Assembly: GCA_034437795.1 (NCBI GenBank)
Contig: DAOTTI010000267.1
Location: forward strand, 1,277-65,276
Reading direction: 5' to 3'
DNA from: Chloroflexota bacterium
GTDB taxonomy: Bacteria; Chloroflexota; UBA11872; UBA12225
Length of the DNA: 64,000 nucleotides
The position numbers were made by a program, and so were the translations under genes. Positions within the stretch are counted from its first letter, which is position 1, and each line of letters starts with the position of its first letter. Positions 62,189-64,000 of this stretch are shown in pieces. Under the pieces are notes generated by a model. That model was given only the letters and a program-made list of their open reading frames with translations, did no database searches and had not been told where the DNA came from.

Positions 62189-62243
62189 GGCAGCAGGCAG
62201 GATAGCACGCCGGGGCCTATTCACCACCGCCGTGAGAGCGCAA

Positions 62244-62316
62244 CCAGTTGTGCCCGGATAGCGGGGCCCTCACCCGCTCCCAAAGGGAGAGGGAACGCAC
62301 TTCGTCGTTCGTCCGG
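62244..62316 (-). repeat. REP/MITE-like element, reverse orientation
   Basis: The reverse complement reads ...GTGCGTTCCCTCTCCCTTTGGGAGCGGGTGAGGGCCCCGCTATCCGGGCACAACTGG. Confidence 0.75.
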
Positions 62317-62429
62317 CCCTACGGGCAGGGGCGACCTGGCCGGCGTTGTGAGCTTCTATTACTCCGCCACGGTGATTGTGATGGACGCAGCCAGATTGCG
62401 GCACCCAGCAGGGTCATCGTGGCGGAGTG

Positions 62430-63737
62430 CTAGCTTCCCTTGACGTGAGCGTTGAAGAAGGCCACCGAGCGGGCCAGCGCGGTGCCCAGGTTCCGGGAGA
62501 TGTTATGGTCATCGCCCGGGTAGACGAAGAGCTCCACCGAGCCCCCAGCCTCACGGATCTGCTCCTCCAGGCGCTGCGACATCCATAGCGGCACGCTGGC
62601 GTCCGCCGTGCCGTGGTGGAGCTGCACCGGCCCGGGCAGGTCTTTCAGGTACGTGTTGGCGGAGATCGATGCCCAGAAGCCGGGGTTCTCCTCCGGCGTG
62701 CCGTACTGCATGATCAGCTGCTCCCGCCAGGAAGGGGTGCGCGTGGCGGCCGGCGCGGCGCCCGGCGGGACGGCCGGCCCGGCCGGCGCCGTCGGGGGAC
62801 GCCCCCAGCGGGCGATCAGGTCGGGATACGTGGCCACCACGCCGGCCCAGATCACCCCCGCCTTGATCGAAGGGTCGATGACCAGCGCGCGGAGCGTGAT
62901 GTAGCCACCCATGGAGTGCCCCCACATGCCGATGCGGTTCGGGTCCGCATCCGGCCAGCGGCGCACGGAGGCGACGGCATTCAGCACGTCAACGACGTAG
63001 TCGGGACTGCTGTAGCCGCCCCGCGCCTCGCCCTCTGAACTCCCGTGCCCGCGGTAGTCCGGCTTGAGCACGATGTAGCCGTTGCGCGCGAAGGCGTCGA
63101 CGTAGGCCACGTAGCGCTCGGTGGTGCGGTATTCCCTGGGCGGGATGTAGCCGTGGTTGAAGATGATGGCCGGCCAGCCGGACGGCGGGCGCTGGCCGCG
63201 GGGGACGGTGAGCAGGGCGTAGATCTTCAGCCCTTCGGAGCGGTAGGAGACGACGTACTGGTTGTAGTTCACGCCGGGCGCCAGCGTCTGCTCGATGACC
63301 AGATCGCTCCCCGGGTATTCGCGCGCCCGCATCGCCGCGATGCTAAGGGGGTGCAGGGGCATGGGGGTCGGCTCCGGCGTCGGCACGGCCGTCGGCTCCG
63401 GCACCGGCGTGGGGACGGCGGTGGCCACCGGCGCCACCTGGGCCAGCGGCTCCGGCCGCACGTCGGCCGGCCGCACCTGCGCCCTGCTCCCCACCCGCAG
63501 CGTCCCAGAATCACATGCCACCAGCGCTAGGGCCAACGCTGCCACCATCCACCGCCACCGGCCGCGCGTGAGCCGGGGCGTGGCGCCGCCTCCCGAGCGG
63601 AGCGGGCGCTGCTCCTCGGCCCAGCGTACCGGGGCCGGACGCGCGGGCTCAGACGCTGAGAGGGTGCGGTCGCGCCACGGTAGCGGGGCTCCGCCGGGAT
63701 CCTGCCGGCGCCCGGACCGCGTGGTGGGCATGAGCAT
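62430..63737 (-). CDS. alpha/beta hydrolase (prolyl oligopeptidase/dienelactone hydrolase type), membrane- or lipid-anchored
   Basis: Nucleophile elbow GMWGHSMGG, C-terminal HHGTADASVP and GDDHN. N-terminal hydrophobic segment ending LVAC, then a Pro-rich linker. Confidence 0.85.
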   Translation of the reverse strand: MLMPTTRSGRRQDPGGAPLPWRDRTLSASEPARPAPVRWAEEQRPLRSGGGATPRLTRGRWRWMVAALALALVACDSGTLRVGSRAQVRPADVRPEPLAQVAPVATAVPTPVPEPTAVPTPEPTPMPLHPLSIAAMRAREYPGSDLVIEQTLAPGVNYNQYVVSYRSEGLKIYALLTVPRGQRPPSGWPAIIFNHGYIPPREYRTTERYVAYVDAFARNGYIVLKPDYRGHGSSEGEARGGYSSPDYVVDVLNAVASVRRWPDADPNRIGMWGHSMGGYITLRALVIDPSIKAGVIWAGVVATYPDLIARWGRPPTAPAGPAVPPGAAPAATRTPSWREQLIMQYGTPEENPGFWASISANTYLKDLPGPVQLHHGTADASVPLWMSQRLEEQIREAGGSVELFVYPGDDHNISRNLGTALARSVAFFNAHVKGS

Positions 63738-63918
63738 GGCGTGCCTCCATCGTCCGCGTAGTGGTCGGAGCCCCTCGCCAATTATCGCCCGTGAACGCGC
63801 CGCTCGTCACGGGGCAGGGAGAAGCGTGTACGCATTGACCTTTCCGGCGCTTCGTACTACGATGCAGGAAGAGAATGGTTCCCCCGCGCGGTTCGCAGCA
63901 CAGGAAGGAGGTCTCCCG

Positions 63919-64000
63919 ATGCAGCCTCGTATCGACCCGAAGGGACGTAGCGCTGCCTGCACGCGGCGCCACGTCCTCCGTTCCGGCGCCCTGGCCGGCG
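63919..64000 (+). CDS. 5' end of a Tat-signal protein (truncated by window end)
   Basis: AGGAAGGAGG 8 nt before ATG 63919, giving MQPRIDPKGRSAACTRRHVLRSGALAG... Confidence 0.4.
   Translation, partial: MQPRIDPKGRSAACTRRHVLRSGALAG

Noticed and set aside
1-64000. Search for tRNA, rRNA, tmRNA, SRP RNA or RNase P-like sequences
   Set aside because: By eye I found no T-loop (GTTCGAATC-type) or other conserved RNA signature in any intergenic region. This is a limited manual check, not a covariance-model scan.

Overview
Very GC-rich bacterial chromosomal DNA (roughly two-thirds or more G+C by eye), so long antisense shadow ORFs are common and were discounted. I support about 50 protein-coding genes. 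I recognise no rRNA, tRNA, CRISPR array, transposase or integrase. The content is mainly carbohydrate scavenging and oxidation. It includes eight or nine Tat-lipoprotein ABC solute-binding proteins with no permease or ATPase anywhere in the window, and five Gfo/Idh/MocA oxidoreductases. It also includes GH4, GH5-like, polysaccharide deacetylase, AlkP-family, xylose-isomerase-like TIM barrel, DegT aminotransferase, lactonase and aldo/keto reductase genes, plus regulators (sensor kinase, MerR, ROK, TetR). Five things stand out. (1) A palindromic REP/MITE-like element occurs about 14 times in intergenic DNA, alongside a second smaller repeat family. (2) Short-range direct repeats recur (17-37 bp cores, 60-75 bp period). 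Three pairs disrupt a two-ORF cassette at 59.5-60.4 kb, and one pair duplicates the SD and ATG of a binding-protein gene. (3) Gene decay is dense: two inactivated binding-protein genes, an isomerase fragment, a hydrolase fragment, a frameshifted PIN gene, and an internally deleted HEPN remnant next to an MNT nucleotidyltransferase. (4) A thioredoxin-fold ORF is interrupted by one in-frame TGA two codons after a Cys, making it either a selenoprotein candidate or a pseudogene. (5) A MerR gene overlaps a 914-aa VIT-vWA gene. I cannot show a clearly novel system. The repeat phenomena and the TGA site are the best leads.
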